A DNA stretch of 46,809 nt, from IMG/VR virus record IMGVR_UViG_2531839193_000010. One strand, written 5' to 3'. Source of the DNA: a virus (taxonomy: Duplodnaviria > Heunggongvirae > Uroviricota > Caudoviricetes). This document shows positions 38,072-46,809 of this stretch, in pieces; positions within the stretch are counted from its first letter, which is position 1, and each line of letters opens with the position of its first letter. The position numbers were made by a program, and so were the translations under genes. The notes below the pieces were generated by a model. The model was not told the DNA's origin. It was given only the letters and a program-made list of their open reading frames with translations, and did not search any database.

Positions 38072-41000
38072 ATGGGTAAAGGCAGCAGTAAGGGGCATAC
38101 CCCGCGCGAAGCGAAGGACAACCTGAAGTCCACGCAGTTGCTGAGTGTGATCGATGCCATCAGCGAAGGGCCGGTTGAAGGTCCGGTGGAGGGATTAAAA
38201 AGTGTGCTGCTGAACAGTACGCCGGTGCTGGACACTGAGGGGAATACCAACATCTCCGGCGTCACGGTGGTGTTCCGGGCCGGTGAGCAGGAGCAGACAC
38301 CGCCGGAGGGATTTGAATCCTCCGGTTCCGAGACGGTGCTGGGTACGGAAGTGAAATACGACACGCCGATCACCCGGACCATCACGTCGGCAAACATTGA
38401 CCGACTGCGTTTTACCTTCGGCGTGCAGGCACTGGTGGAAACCACCTCAAAGGGGGATCGGAATCCGTCGGAAGTCCGCCTGCTGGTTCAGATACAACGT
38501 AACGGTGGCTGGGTGACGGAAAAAGACATCACCATTAAGGGCAAAACCACCTCGCAGTATCTGGCCTCGGTGGTGGTGGATAACCTGCCGCCGCGCCCGT
38601 TTAATATCCGGATGCGCAGAATGACGCCGGACAGCACCACAGACCAGCTGCAGAACAAAACGCTCTGGTCGTCATACACCGAAATCATCGATGTGAAACA
38701 GTGCTACCCGAACACGGCACTGGTCGGCGTGCAGGTGGATTCGGAGCAGTTCGGCAGCCAGCAGGTGAGCCGTAATTATCATCTTCGCGGGCGCATTCTG
38801 CAGGTGCCGTCGAATTATAACCCGCAGACGCGGCAATACAGCGGTATCTGGGACGGAACGTTAAAACCGGCATACAGCAACAACATGGCCTGGTGTCTGT
38901 GGGATATGCTGACCCACCCGCGCTACGGCATGGGAAAACGTCTTGGTGCGGCAGATGTGGATAAATGGGCGCTGTATGTCATCGGCCAGTACTGCGACCA
39001 GTCAGTGCCGGACGGCTTTGGTGGCACGGAGCCGCGCATCACCTGTAATGCGTACCTGACCACACAGCGTAAAGCGTGGGATGTGCTCAGTGATTTTTGC
39101 TCGGCGATGCGCTGTATGCCGGTATGGAACGGGCAGACGCTGACGTTCGTGCAGGACAGACCGTCGGATAAGGTGTGGACCTATAACCGCAGTAATGTGG
39201 TGATGCCGGATGATGGTGCGCCATTCCGCTACAGCTTCAGCGCCCTGAAAGACCGCCATAATGCCGTTGAGGTGAACTGGATTGACCCGAACAACGGCTG
39301 GGAGACGGCAACAGAGCTCGTGGAGGACACGCAGGCCATTGCCCGTTACGGTCGTAATGTCACGAAGATGGATGCCTTTGGCTGTACCAGCCGGGGGCAG
39401 GCGCACCGCGCCGGGCTGTGGCTGATTAAAACGGAACTGCTGGAAACGCAGACCGTGGACTTCAGCGTGGGTGCAGAAGGGCTTCGCCATGTACCGGGCG
39501 ATGTCATTGAAATCTGTGATGATGACTATGCCGGTATCAGCACCGGCGGGCGCGTGCTGGCGGTGAACAGCCAGACCCGGACGCTGACGCTCGACCGTGA
39601 AATCACGCTGCCATCTTCCGGCACCACGCTGATAAGCCTGGTTGACGGAAGTGGCAATCCGGTCAGCGTGGAGGTTCAGTCCGTCACTGATGGCGTGAAG
39701 GTAAAAGTGAGCCGTGTTCCTGACGGCGTTGCCGGATACAGTGTATGGGGGCTGAAGCTGCCGATGCTGCGCCAGCGCCTGTTCCGCTGCGTGAGTATCC
39801 GTGAGAACGACGACGGCACGTATGCCATCACCGCCGTGCAGCATGTACCGGAAAAAGAGGCCATCGTGGATAACGGGGCGCACTTTGACGGCGACCAGAG
39901 CGGCACGGTGAATGGTGTCACGCCGCCAGCGGTGCAGCACCTGACCGCAGAAGTCACCGCAGACAGTGGGGAATATCAGGTGCTGGCGCGCTGGGACACG
40001 CCGAAGGTGGTGAAGGGCGTGAGCTTCCTGCTTCGCCTGACCGTGGCAGCGGACGATGGCAGTGAGCGGCTGGTCAGCACGGCCAGGACGACGGAAACCA
40101 CATACCGCTTCACGCAACTGGCGCTGGGAAATTACAGGCTGACAGTCCAGGCGGTAAATGCGTGGGGACAGCAGGGCGATCCGGCATCGGTATCGTTCCG
40201 GATTGCCGCACCGGCAGCACCGTCGCGGATTGAGCTGACGCCGGGCTATTTTCAGATAACCGCCACGCCGCATCTTGCGGTTTATGATCCGACGGTACAG
40301 TTTGAGTTCTGGTTCTCGGAAAAACGGATTGCTGATATCAGGCAGGTTGAAACCAGCGCGCGTTATCTTGGTACGGCGCTGTACTGGATAGCCGCCAGTA
40401 TCAATATCAAACCGGGCCATGATTATTATTTTTACGTTCGCAGTGTGAACACCGTTGGCAAATCGGCATTCGTGGAGGCTGTCGGTCGGGCGAGCGATGA
40501 TGCGGAAGGTTACCTGGATTTTTTCAAAGGAGAAATCGGGAAAACACATCTGGCCCAGGAGCTGTGGACGCAGATTGATAACGGTCAGCTTGCGCCGGAC
40601 CTGGCTGAAATCAGGACGTCCATTACGAATGTCAGCAATGAAATCACGCAGACCGTCAATAAAAAACTGGAAGACCAGAGTGCGGAAATCCAGCAGATAC
40701 AGAAAGTTCAGGTTGATACAAATAATAACCTGAACAGCATGTGGGCCGTGAAACTGCAGCAGATGAAGGACGGACGCCTTTATATTGCGGGTATCGGAGC
40801 CGGTATTGAGAATACTCCAGCAGGTATGCAGAGTCAGGTGCTGCTGGCGGCAGACAGGATTGCGATGATTAATCCTGCGAATGGCAACACAAAGCCGATG
40901 TTTGTTGGTCAGGGCGATCAGATATTCATGAACGACGTGTTCCTGAAACGCCTGACGGCTCCGACCATTACCAGCGGCGGTAATCCTCCGGCATTTTCCC

Positions 41001-41551
41001 TGACACCGGACGGGCGGCTGACGGCGAAAAATGCCGATATCAGCGGTAACGTGAATGCGAACTCCGGGACGCTCAACAACGTCACGATTAACGAGAACTG
41101 TCGGGTTCTGGGAAAATTGTCCGCCAACCAGATTGAAGGCGATCTCGTTAAAACAGTGGGCAAAGCTTTCCCCCGGGACTCCCGTGCACCGGAACGGTGG
41201 CCATCAGGGACCATCACCGTCAGGGTTTATGACGATCAGCCGTTTGACCGGCAGATTGTTATTCCGGCGGTGGCATTCAGCGGCGCTAAACATGAGCGGG
41301 AGAATAACGATATTTATTCGTCATGCCGCCTGATAGTACGGAAAAACGGTGCTGAAATTTATAACCGTACCGCGCTGGATAATACGCTGATTTACAGTGG
41401 TGTTATTGATATGCCAGCTGGTCGCGGCCACATGACGCAGGAGTTTTCGGTGTCATCATGGCTGGTAAATGACTGGTATCCCACAGCAAGTATCAGCGAT
41501 TTGCTGGTTGTGGTGATGAAGAAAGCCACCGCAGGCATCAGTATCAGCTGA
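38072..41551 (+). CDS. J: Host specificity protein J (central tail fibre/tip attachment protein)
   Basis: 1159-aa ORF, highly similar to lambda J over most of its length as recalled; last ~150 aa diverge. Confidence 0.9.
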   Translation: MGKGSSKGHTPREAKDNLKSTQLLSVIDAISEGPVEGPVEGLKSVLLNSTPVLDTEGNTNISGVTVVFRAGEQEQTPPEGFESSGSETVLGTEVKYDTPITRTITSANIDRLRFTFGVQALVETTSKGDRNPSEVRLLVQIQRNGGWVTEKDITIKGKTTSQYLASVVVDNLPPRPFNIRMRRMTPDSTTDQLQNKTLWSSYTEIIDVKQCYPNTALVGVQVDSEQFGSQQVSRNYHLRGRILQVPSNYNPQTRQYSGIWDGTLKPAYSNNMAWCLWDMLTHPRYGMGKRLGAADVDKWALYVIGQYCDQSVPDGFGGTEPRITCNAYLTTQRKAWDVLSDFCSAMRCMPVWNGQTLTFVQDRPSDKVWTYNRSNVVMPDDGAPFRYSFSALKDRHNAVEVNWIDPNNGWETATELVEDTQAIARYGRNVTKMDAFGCTSRGQAHRAGLWLIKTELLETQTVDFSVGAEGLRHVPGDVIEICDDDYAGISTGGRVLAVNSQTRTLTLDREITLPSSGTTLISLVDGSGNPVSVEVQSVTDGVKVKVSRVPDGVAGYSVWGLKLPMLRQRLFRCVSIRENDDGTYAITAVQHVPEKEAIVDNGAHFDGDQSGTVNGVTPPAVQHLTAEVTADSGEYQVLARWDTPKVVKGVSFLLRLTVAADDGSERLVSTARTTETTYRFTQLALGNYRLTVQAVNAWGQQGDPASVSFRIAAPAAPSRIELTPGYFQITATPHLAVYDPTVQFEFWFSEKRIADIRQVETSARYLGTALYWIAASINIKPGHDYYFYVRSVNTVGKSAFVEAVGRASDDAEGYLDFFKGEIGKTHLAQELWTQIDNGQLAPDLAEIRTSITNVSNEITQTVNKKLEDQSAEIQQIQKVQVDTNNNLNSMWAVKLQQMKDGRLYIAGIGAGIENTPAGMQSQVLLAADRIAMINPANGNTKPMFVGQGDQIFMNDVFLKRLTAPTITSGGNPPAFSLTPDGRLTAKNADISGNVNANSGTLNNVTINENCRVLGKLSANQIEGDLVKTVGKAFPRDSRAPERWPSGTITVRVYDDQPFDRQIVIPAVAFSGAKHERENNDIYSSCRLIVRKNGAEIYNRTALDNTLIYSGVIDMPAGRGHMTQEFSVSSWLVNDWYPTASISDLLVVVMKKATAGISIS

Positions 41552-41570
41552 ATTTTATAACCCATATACG

Positions 41571-41594
41571 GGCGCCAGAAATGGCGCCTTTTTT
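41571..41594 (+). terminator. Rho-independent terminator after J
   Basis: GGCGCC/GGCGCC stem with AGAAAU loop followed by T6. Confidence 0.6.
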
Positions 41595-41618
41595 ATTGCA
41601 GAAAAGCGAGAGGTAATT

Positions 41619-42218
41619 ATGCGTAAAGTTTGTGCAGCCATTTTGTCCGCAGCCATCTGTCTGGCCGTATCCGGTGCGCCTGCATGGGCGTCTGAGCAGC
41701 AGGCCACACTGAGCGCAGGGTATCTTCATGCCCGTACGAACGCTCCCGGCAGCGATAATCTGAACGGGATTAACGTGAAATACCGTTATGAGTTTACGGA
41801 CACGCTGGGGCTGATTACGTCATTCAGTTATGCCAACGCTGAAGATGAGCAAAAAACGCATTACAGCGATACCCGCTGGCATGAGGATTCCGTGCGTAAT
41901 CGCTGGTTCAGCGTGATGGCGGGGCCGTCTGTGCGCGTGAATGAATGGTTCAGCGCGTATGCGATGGCGGGTATGGCTTACAGCCGTGTTTCGACTTTCT
42001 CCGGGGATTATCTCCGCGTAACTGACAACAAGGGGAAAACGCACGACGTGCTGACCGGAAGTGATGACGGTCGCCACAGCAACACGTCTCTGGCGTGGGG
42101 AGCTGGCGTGCAGTTTAACCCGACCGAATCCGTGGCCATTGATATTGCTTATGAAGGCTCCGGCAGTGGCGACTGGCGCACTGACGGTTTCATCGTGGGT
42201 GTCGGTTATAAGTTCTGA
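41619..42218 (+). CDS. lom: Lom-like outer membrane protein (Ail/Lom family)
   Basis: 199-aa ORF with signal peptide and beta-barrel OMP character ending in ...GVGYKF; flanked by intrinsic terminators. Confidence 0.85.
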   Translation: MRKVCAAILSAAICLAVSGAPAWASEQQATLSAGYLHARTNAPGSDNLNGINVKYRYEFTDTLGLITSFSYANAEDEQKTHYSDTRWHEDSVRNRWFSVMAGPSVRVNEWFSAYAMAGMAYSRVSTFSGDYLRVTDNKGKTHDVLTGSDDGRHSNTSLAWGAGVQFNPTESVAIDIAYEGSGSGDWRTDGFIVGVGYKF

Positions 42219-42244
42219 TTAGCCAGGTAACACAGTGTTATGAC

Positions 42245-42271
42245 AGCCCGCCGGTTCAGGCGGGCTTTTTT
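42245..42271 (+). terminator. Rho-independent terminator after lom
   Basis: AGCCCGCC/GGCGGGCU stem with GGUUCA loop followed by T6. Confidence 0.6.
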
Positions 42272-42282
42272 GTGGGGTAAAT

Positions 42283-45200
42283 ATGGCAGTAAAGATTTCA
42301 GGTGTACTGAAAGACGGCACAGGAAAACCGGTACAGAACTGCACAATCCAGCTGAAAGCAAAACGTAACAGCACCACGGTGGTGGTGAACACGCTGGCAT
42401 CTGAAAATCCGGATGAAGCCGGGCGTTACAGTATGGACGTTGAGTACGGTCAGTACAGCGTTATTCTGTTGGTGGAGGGATTCCCGCCGTCACATGCCGG
42501 GACCATCACCGTGTATGAAGATTCTCAACCCGGTACGCTGAATGATTTTCTCGGTGCCATGACGGAGGATGATGCCCGTCCGGAGGCACTGCGCCGTTTT
42601 GAGCTGATGGTGGAAGAGGTGGCGCGTAACGCGTCCGCGGTGGCACAGAACACGGCAGCCGCGAAGAAATCAGCCAGCGATGCCAGCACATCAGCCCGTG
42701 AGGCGGCAACCCATGCGACTGATGCTGCAGATTCAGCACGTGCCGCCAGCACGTCAGCCGGACAGGCTGCATCATCTGCTCAGTCAGCATCTTCCAGCGC
42801 AGGAATGGCATCAACAAAGGCCAGTGAAGCATCGAAAAGTGCTGCTGCTACAGAGTCCTCAAAAAGCGCGGCAGCTACCAGTGCCAGTGCCGCGAAAACG
42901 TCAGAAACGAATGCGGCAGCGTCACAAAAATCTGCAGCCATTTCTGCATCCGCCGCGACCACGAAGGCGTCAGAAGCTGCCACCTCAGCCCGGGATGCGG
43001 CGGCCTCAAAAGAGGCAGCGAAATCATCAGAAACGAGCGCAGCCTCGAGCGCCAGTAGTTCCGCTTCCTCGGCAACGGCGGCAGGCAATTCCGCGAAAGC
43101 GGCAAAAACGTCCGAGACGAACGCTAAGTCTTCTGAGACGGCAGCGGAACAGAGTGCCTCAGCTGCGGCAGGCTCAAAAACAGCGGCTGCATCATCTGCC
43201 AGTGCCGCGTCAACAAGTGCCGGGCAGGCCTCAGCCAGTGCCACCGCCGCCGGAAAATCGGCAGAAAGCGCCGCATCATCCGCTTCAACAGCCACAACGA
43301 AGGCTGGCGAAGCCACTGAGCAGGCCACGGCAGCAGCGAGGTCAGCTTCCGCAGCGAAGACATCCGAAACGAACGCGAAAGCGTCGGAAACCCGTGCAGA
43401 ATCCTCAAAAACGGCAGCGGCATCGTCCGCCAGTTCGGCGGCGTCATCGGCATCATCGGCGTCTGCTTCAAAAGATGAGGCGACCAGACAGGCGTCAGCA
43501 GCGAAGAGCAGCGCCACGACGGCATCCACGAAGGCGACAGAGGCTGCTGGCAGTGCGACAGCGGCAGCACAGAGCAAAAGTACGGCAGAATCCGCAGCAA
43601 CGCGCGCTGAGACAGCGGCAAAACGGGCAGAGGATATTGCATCCGCCGTGGCGCTTGAGGATGCGAGCACGACGAAAAAGGGGATAGTACAGCTCAGCAG
43701 TGCGACCAACAGTACGTCTGAAACGCTGGCGGCAACGCCAAAGGCAGTAAAATCAGCCTATGACAATGCAGAGAAACGTCTGCAGAAAGACCAGAACGGC
43801 GCTGATATACCCGATAAGGGACGCTTCCTGAACAACATTAACGCGGTCAGTAAAACAGACTTTGCTGATAAGCGTGGTATGCGTTATGTGCGGGTTAACG
43901 CTCCTGCAGGTGCAACATCTGGAAAATATTACCCTGTTGTTGTTATGCGTTCTGCTGGCTCAGTAAGCGAACTGGCATCAAGGGTCATTATCACCACGGC
44001 AACGCGAAGCGCAGGCGATCCGATGAATAACTGCGAGTTTAACGGATTTGTTATGCCTGCTGGCTGGAGTGACAGGGGGCGTTATGCTTATGGAATGTTC
44101 TGGCAATATCAAAACAATGAACGAGCCATCCACTCAATAATGATGAGTAATAAGGGCGATGATTTGCGCTCTGTGTTCTATGTTGATGGCGCTGCTTTCC
44201 CTGTTTTTGCGTTTATCGAAGATGGCCTGTCAATATCCGCACCTGGTGCTGATCTCGTTGTTAATGATACGACCTATAAGTTTGGTGCAACAAATCCAGC
44301 GACTGAATGTATCGCGGCGGACGTTATCCTTGATTTTAAGAGTGGGCGTGGTTTTTATGAGTCTCATTCGTTAATCGTTAACGATAACTTGTCGTGCAAA
44401 AAACTTTTTGCCACAGACGAAATTGTAGCGCGTGGTGGTAATCAGATTCGAATGATAGGTGGGGAGTATGGTGCATTATGGCGTAATGATGGCGCTAAAA
44501 CTTACCTGCTGCTTACCAATCAAGGTGATGTTTATGGTGGCTGGAATACATTAAGACCGTTTGCTATTGATAACGCAACCGGCGAGCTGGTTATTGGAAC
44601 CAAACTGTCCGCAAGTCTGAACGGTAATGCATTAACAGCAACAAAGCTGCAAACACCAAGACTGGTTTCTGGGGTTGAGTTTGATGGTTCCAGAGATATT
44701 ACTTTAACCGCCGCGCATGTGGCTGCTTTTGCCAGAAGGGCAACGGATACATATGCCGATGCGGATGGTGGCGTTCCCTGGAATGCCGAATCAGGCGCTT
44801 ACAATGTCACCCGCTCTGGCGACAGCTATATTCTGGTTAACTTCTATACCGGAGTCGGAAGTTGCCGGACCTTGCAGATGAAGGCGCATTACAGAAATGG
44901 TGGTCTGTTCTACCGTTCTTCAAGAGACGGTTATGGTTTTGAGGAAGACTGGGCAGAAGTTTATACCTCGAAAAATCTTCCACCAGAAAGCTACCCAGTC
45001 GGCGCACCAATCCCGTGGCCATCAGATACCGTTCCGTCTGGTTATGCCCTGATGCAGGGGCAGACTTTTGACAAATCTGCTTACCCGAAACTTGCAGCCG
45101 CTTATCCGTCAGGCGTGATCCCTGATATGCGTGGCTGGACGATTAAGGGCAAACCTGCCAGTGGTCGGGCCGTATTGTCTCAGGAACAGGACGGCATTAA

Positions 45201-45681
45201 ATCGCACACCCACAGCGCCAGCGCATCCAGTACGGATTTGGGGACGAAAACCACATCATCGTTTGATTACGGCACTAAATCCACGAATAACACTGGTGCG
45301 CATACCCATAGTTTAAGTGGCAGCACGAATGCAGCTGGTAATCACAGCCATAGAGATGGCCGTCGATTTAACCCCAGTGTTTTTAAAGATACTTATCAAT
45401 ATGGTTATACAAGCTCAGGTCAAAATACCTGGGGTGTACAAGGCTCAGTAGGTATGTCTACGGGGGCGTTAGCTAATACCAGTACAGATGGTAATCATAG
45501 CCACTCACTGTCCGGCACAGCAGCATCTGCAGGTGCACACGCGCATACTGTCGGTATTGGTGCTCATACGCACTCTGTTGCGATTGGCTCACATGGACAC
45601 ACCATCACCGTTAACGCTGCTGGTAACGCGGAAAACACCGTCAAAAACATCGCATTTAACTATATTGTGAGGCTTGCATAA
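42283..45681 (+). CDS. stf: Side tail fibre protein (Stf-like) with Ala/Ser/Thr-rich repeat collar and His-rich C-terminal domain
   Basis: 1132-aa ORF; N-terminus like lambdoid Stf ([26 protein letters not shown]...), repeated ...AAKTSETNA... units, C-terminal HxH repeats ([43 protein letters not shown]). Confidence 0.85.
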   Translation: MAVKISGVLKDGTGKPVQNCTIQLKAKRNSTTVVVNTLASENPDEAGRYSMDVEYGQYSVILLVEGFPPSHAGTITVYEDSQPGTLNDFLGAMTEDDARPEALRRFELMVEEVARNASAVAQNTAAAKKSASDASTSAREAATHATDAADSARAASTSAGQAASSAQSASSSAGMASTKASEASKSAAATESSKSAAATSASAAKTSETNAAASQKSAAISASAATTKASEAATSARDAAASKEAAKSSETSAASSASSSASSATAAGNSAKAAKTSETNAKSSETAAEQSASAAAGSKTAAASSASAASTSAGQASASATAAGKSAESAASSASTATTKAGEATEQATAAARSASAAKTSETNAKASETRAESSKTAAASSASSAASSASSASASKDEATRQASAAKSSATTASTKATEAAGSATAAAQSKSTAESAATRAETAAKRAEDIASAVALEDASTTKKGIVQLSSATNSTSETLAATPKAVKSAYDNAEKRLQKDQNGADIPDKGRFLNNINAVSKTDFADKRGMRYVRVNAPAGATSGKYYPVVVMRSAGSVSELASRVIITTATRSAGDPMNNCEFNGFVMPAGWSDRGRYAYGMFWQYQNNERAIHSIMMSNKGDDLRSVFYVDGAAFPVFAFIEDGLSISAPGADLVVNDTTYKFGATNPATECIAADVILDFKSGRGFYESHSLIVNDNLSCKKLFATDEIVARGGNQIRMIGGEYGALWRNDGAKTYLLLTNQGDVYGGWNTLRPFAIDNATGELVIGTKLSASLNGNALTATKLQTPRLVSGVEFDGSRDITLTAAHVAAFARRATDTYADADGGVPWNAESGAYNVTRSGDSYILVNFYTGVGSCRTLQMKAHYRNGGLFYRSSRDGYGFEEDWAEVYTSKNLPPESYPVGAPIPWPSDTVPSGYALMQGQTFDKSAYPKLAAAYPSGVIPDMRGWTIKGKPASGRAVLSQEQDGIKSHTHSASASSTDLGTKTTSSFDYGTKSTNNTGAHTHSLSGSTNAAGNHSHRDGRRFNPSVFKDTYQYGYTSSGQNTWGVQGSVGMSTGALANTSTDGNHSHSLSGTAASAGAHAHTVGIGAHTHSVAIGSHGHTITVNAAGNAENTVKNIAFNYIVRLA

Positions 45682-46253
45682 TGGCATTCAGAATGAGTGA
45701 ACAAGCACGGACCATAACAATTTATAATCTGCTGGCCGGAACTAATGAATTTATTGGTGAAGGTGACGCATATATTCCGCCTCATACAGGTCTGCCAGCA
45801 AACAGTACCGATATTGCACCGCCAGATATTCCGGCTGGCTTTGTGGCTGTTTTCAACAGTGATGAGGCATCGTGGCATCTCGTTGAAGACCATCGGGGTA
45901 AAACGGTTTATGACGTAGCGTCAGGGGACGCGTTATTTATTTCTGAACTCGGTCCGTTACCGGAAAATGTTACCTGGTTATCGCCGGAAGGGGAGTTTCA
46001 GAAGTGGAACGGCACAGCCTGGGTGAAGGATACGGAAGCAGAAAAACTCTTCCGGATCCGGGAGGCGGAAGAGAAAAAGACAAGATTAATCCAGGAAGCG
46101 ACTGATAACATAACAATTCTGCAGGATGCTGTTAATTTTGAAATGGCAACTGATGAGGAGGTCTCGATGCTATCTTCCTGGAAAAAATACCGGGTATTAG
46201 TGAGTCGGATTGATATAAATACAGCCCCGGATATCGTATGGCCTGAGCTGTGA
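45681..46253 (+). CDS. tfa: Tail fibre assembly protein (Tfa)
   Basis: 190-aa ORF start-stop coupled to stf; Tfa-like sequence ([17 protein letters not shown]...). Confidence 0.85.
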   Translation: MAFRMSEQARTITIYNLLAGTNEFIGEGDAYIPPHTGLPANSTDIAPPDIPAGFVAVFNSDEASWHLVEDHRGKTVYDVASGDALFISELGPLPENVTWLSPEGEFQKWNGTAWVKDTEAEKLFRIREAEEKKTRLIQEATDNITILQDAVNFEMATDEEVSMLSSWKKYRVLVSRIDINTAPDIVWPEL

Positions 46254-46263
46254 TTAAACGGAA

Positions 46264-46809
46264 TTATGTGTGAGGTGAATTATAAATAATTTCAGAGTGA
46301 AATTTGGTAATGAATGTGGAGTCATCAGGAATGTCATGCAGTACCAATGCATGAGCTCCTATTTTTACATTATTCCCTATATGCACTTTGCCACCAAGGA
46401 TGGTGGCGTTACAGCCAATGGTTACATTATTTCCTATGACAATATCCATATCATTAAATTCACCGCGAAGTCCAATAGTTACCCCAGGCTTAATTGAACA
46501 ATTTTCACCTATTGTAACTTTGTGACCGATAACAACGCCATTGAGATAAGATATGTCGAACCCTTTACCAATATTTACAGTTAAGGGAACGGTTACATTG
46601 TATTTATCAAGAATGAAGCGTTCTATTTTTCCTGCAATCTTTCGCCGGTATCCGCCTTTATCAAAAAGATATTTTGCTACGCGCCACCAAAATAAATAAC
46701 GTGATCTTCTGTGTTTTATTGCGCGAACAATTGCTTTTCGCCAGGAGAAAGGGCGTTTATAACCTATTACTTCATAGTGTATACACTTTTTAAGTTCACT
46801 AATATTCAT
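46264..46809 (-). CDS. Hexapeptide-repeat (left-handed beta-helix) acetyltransferase; AT-rich cargo gene, possibly truncated at the window edge
   Basis: 181-aa ORF with tandem hexapeptide repeats (VTIGENCSIKPGVTIGLRGE..., IVIGNNVTIGCNATILGGKVHIGNNVKIGAHALV); markedly AT-rich relative to the tail module; the ATG coincides with the last bases of the window. Confidence 0.7.
   Translation of the reverse strand: MNISELKKCIHYEVIGYKRPFSWRKAIVRAIKHRRSRYLFWWRVAKYLFDKGGYRRKIAGKIERFILDKYNVTVPLTVNIGKGFDISYLNGVVIGHKVTIGENCSIKPGVTIGLRGEFNDMDIVIGNNVTIGCNATILGGKVHIGNNVKIGAHALVLHDIPDDSTFITKFHSEIIYNSPHT

Noticed and set aside
39002-40549. 515-aa ORF antisense to J
   Set aside because: Arg/Cys/His-rich low-complexity translation with no start context; lies entirely within the well-supported J coding sequence.
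42680-43709. Long out-of-frame ORFs (335 aa Pro/Arg/Gln-rich on +, 309 aa Ala-rich on -, 172 aa on -) inside the tail fibre gene
   Set aside because: They are alternative-frame and antisense readings of the GCN-rich Ala/Ser repeat collar of stf; the stf frame is the one with conserved N- and C-terminal domains.
1-46809. CRISPR arrays, retron or DGR reverse transcriptases, invertible tail-fibre switch (pin/hin-type)
   Set aside because: No regularly spaced direct repeats with unique spacers, no reverse-transcriptase-like ORF, and no recombinase or inverted crossover sites next to stf/tfa were seen.

Overview
This window is the left ~46.8 kb of a lambdoid prophage inserted into the 5' coding end of prfC. 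All calls rest on reading the six-frame translations and the DNA by eye and on recalled family signatures; no database search or folding was run. Gene order: prfC remnant, tyrosine integrase, a 1275-aa SIR2-domain protein, AlpA-like excisionase, minus-strand early-left operon, structured non-coding region, AT-rich plus-strand gene, cI-like repressor, cro/cII-like genes, O-like replication gene with internal iterons, nin-like region, Q antiterminator with late promoter and terminator, two cold-shock genes, phage-21-type lysis cassette, bor with an IS2 inserted upstream, cos, terminase, portal, protease-capsid fusion, a lambda-like tail module (J, lom, side tail fibre, tfa) and a convergent AT-rich acetyltransferase at the window edge. 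The strongest candidate for a new system is the SIR2-domain gene (1791-5618) sitting between int and xis, which looks like a single-gene NAD+-depleting anti-phage defence protein. Three genes (cI, Rz/Rz1, tape measure) each carry an apparent 1-nt deletion in a homopolymer, so this is either a decaying prophage or homopolymer sequencing error.
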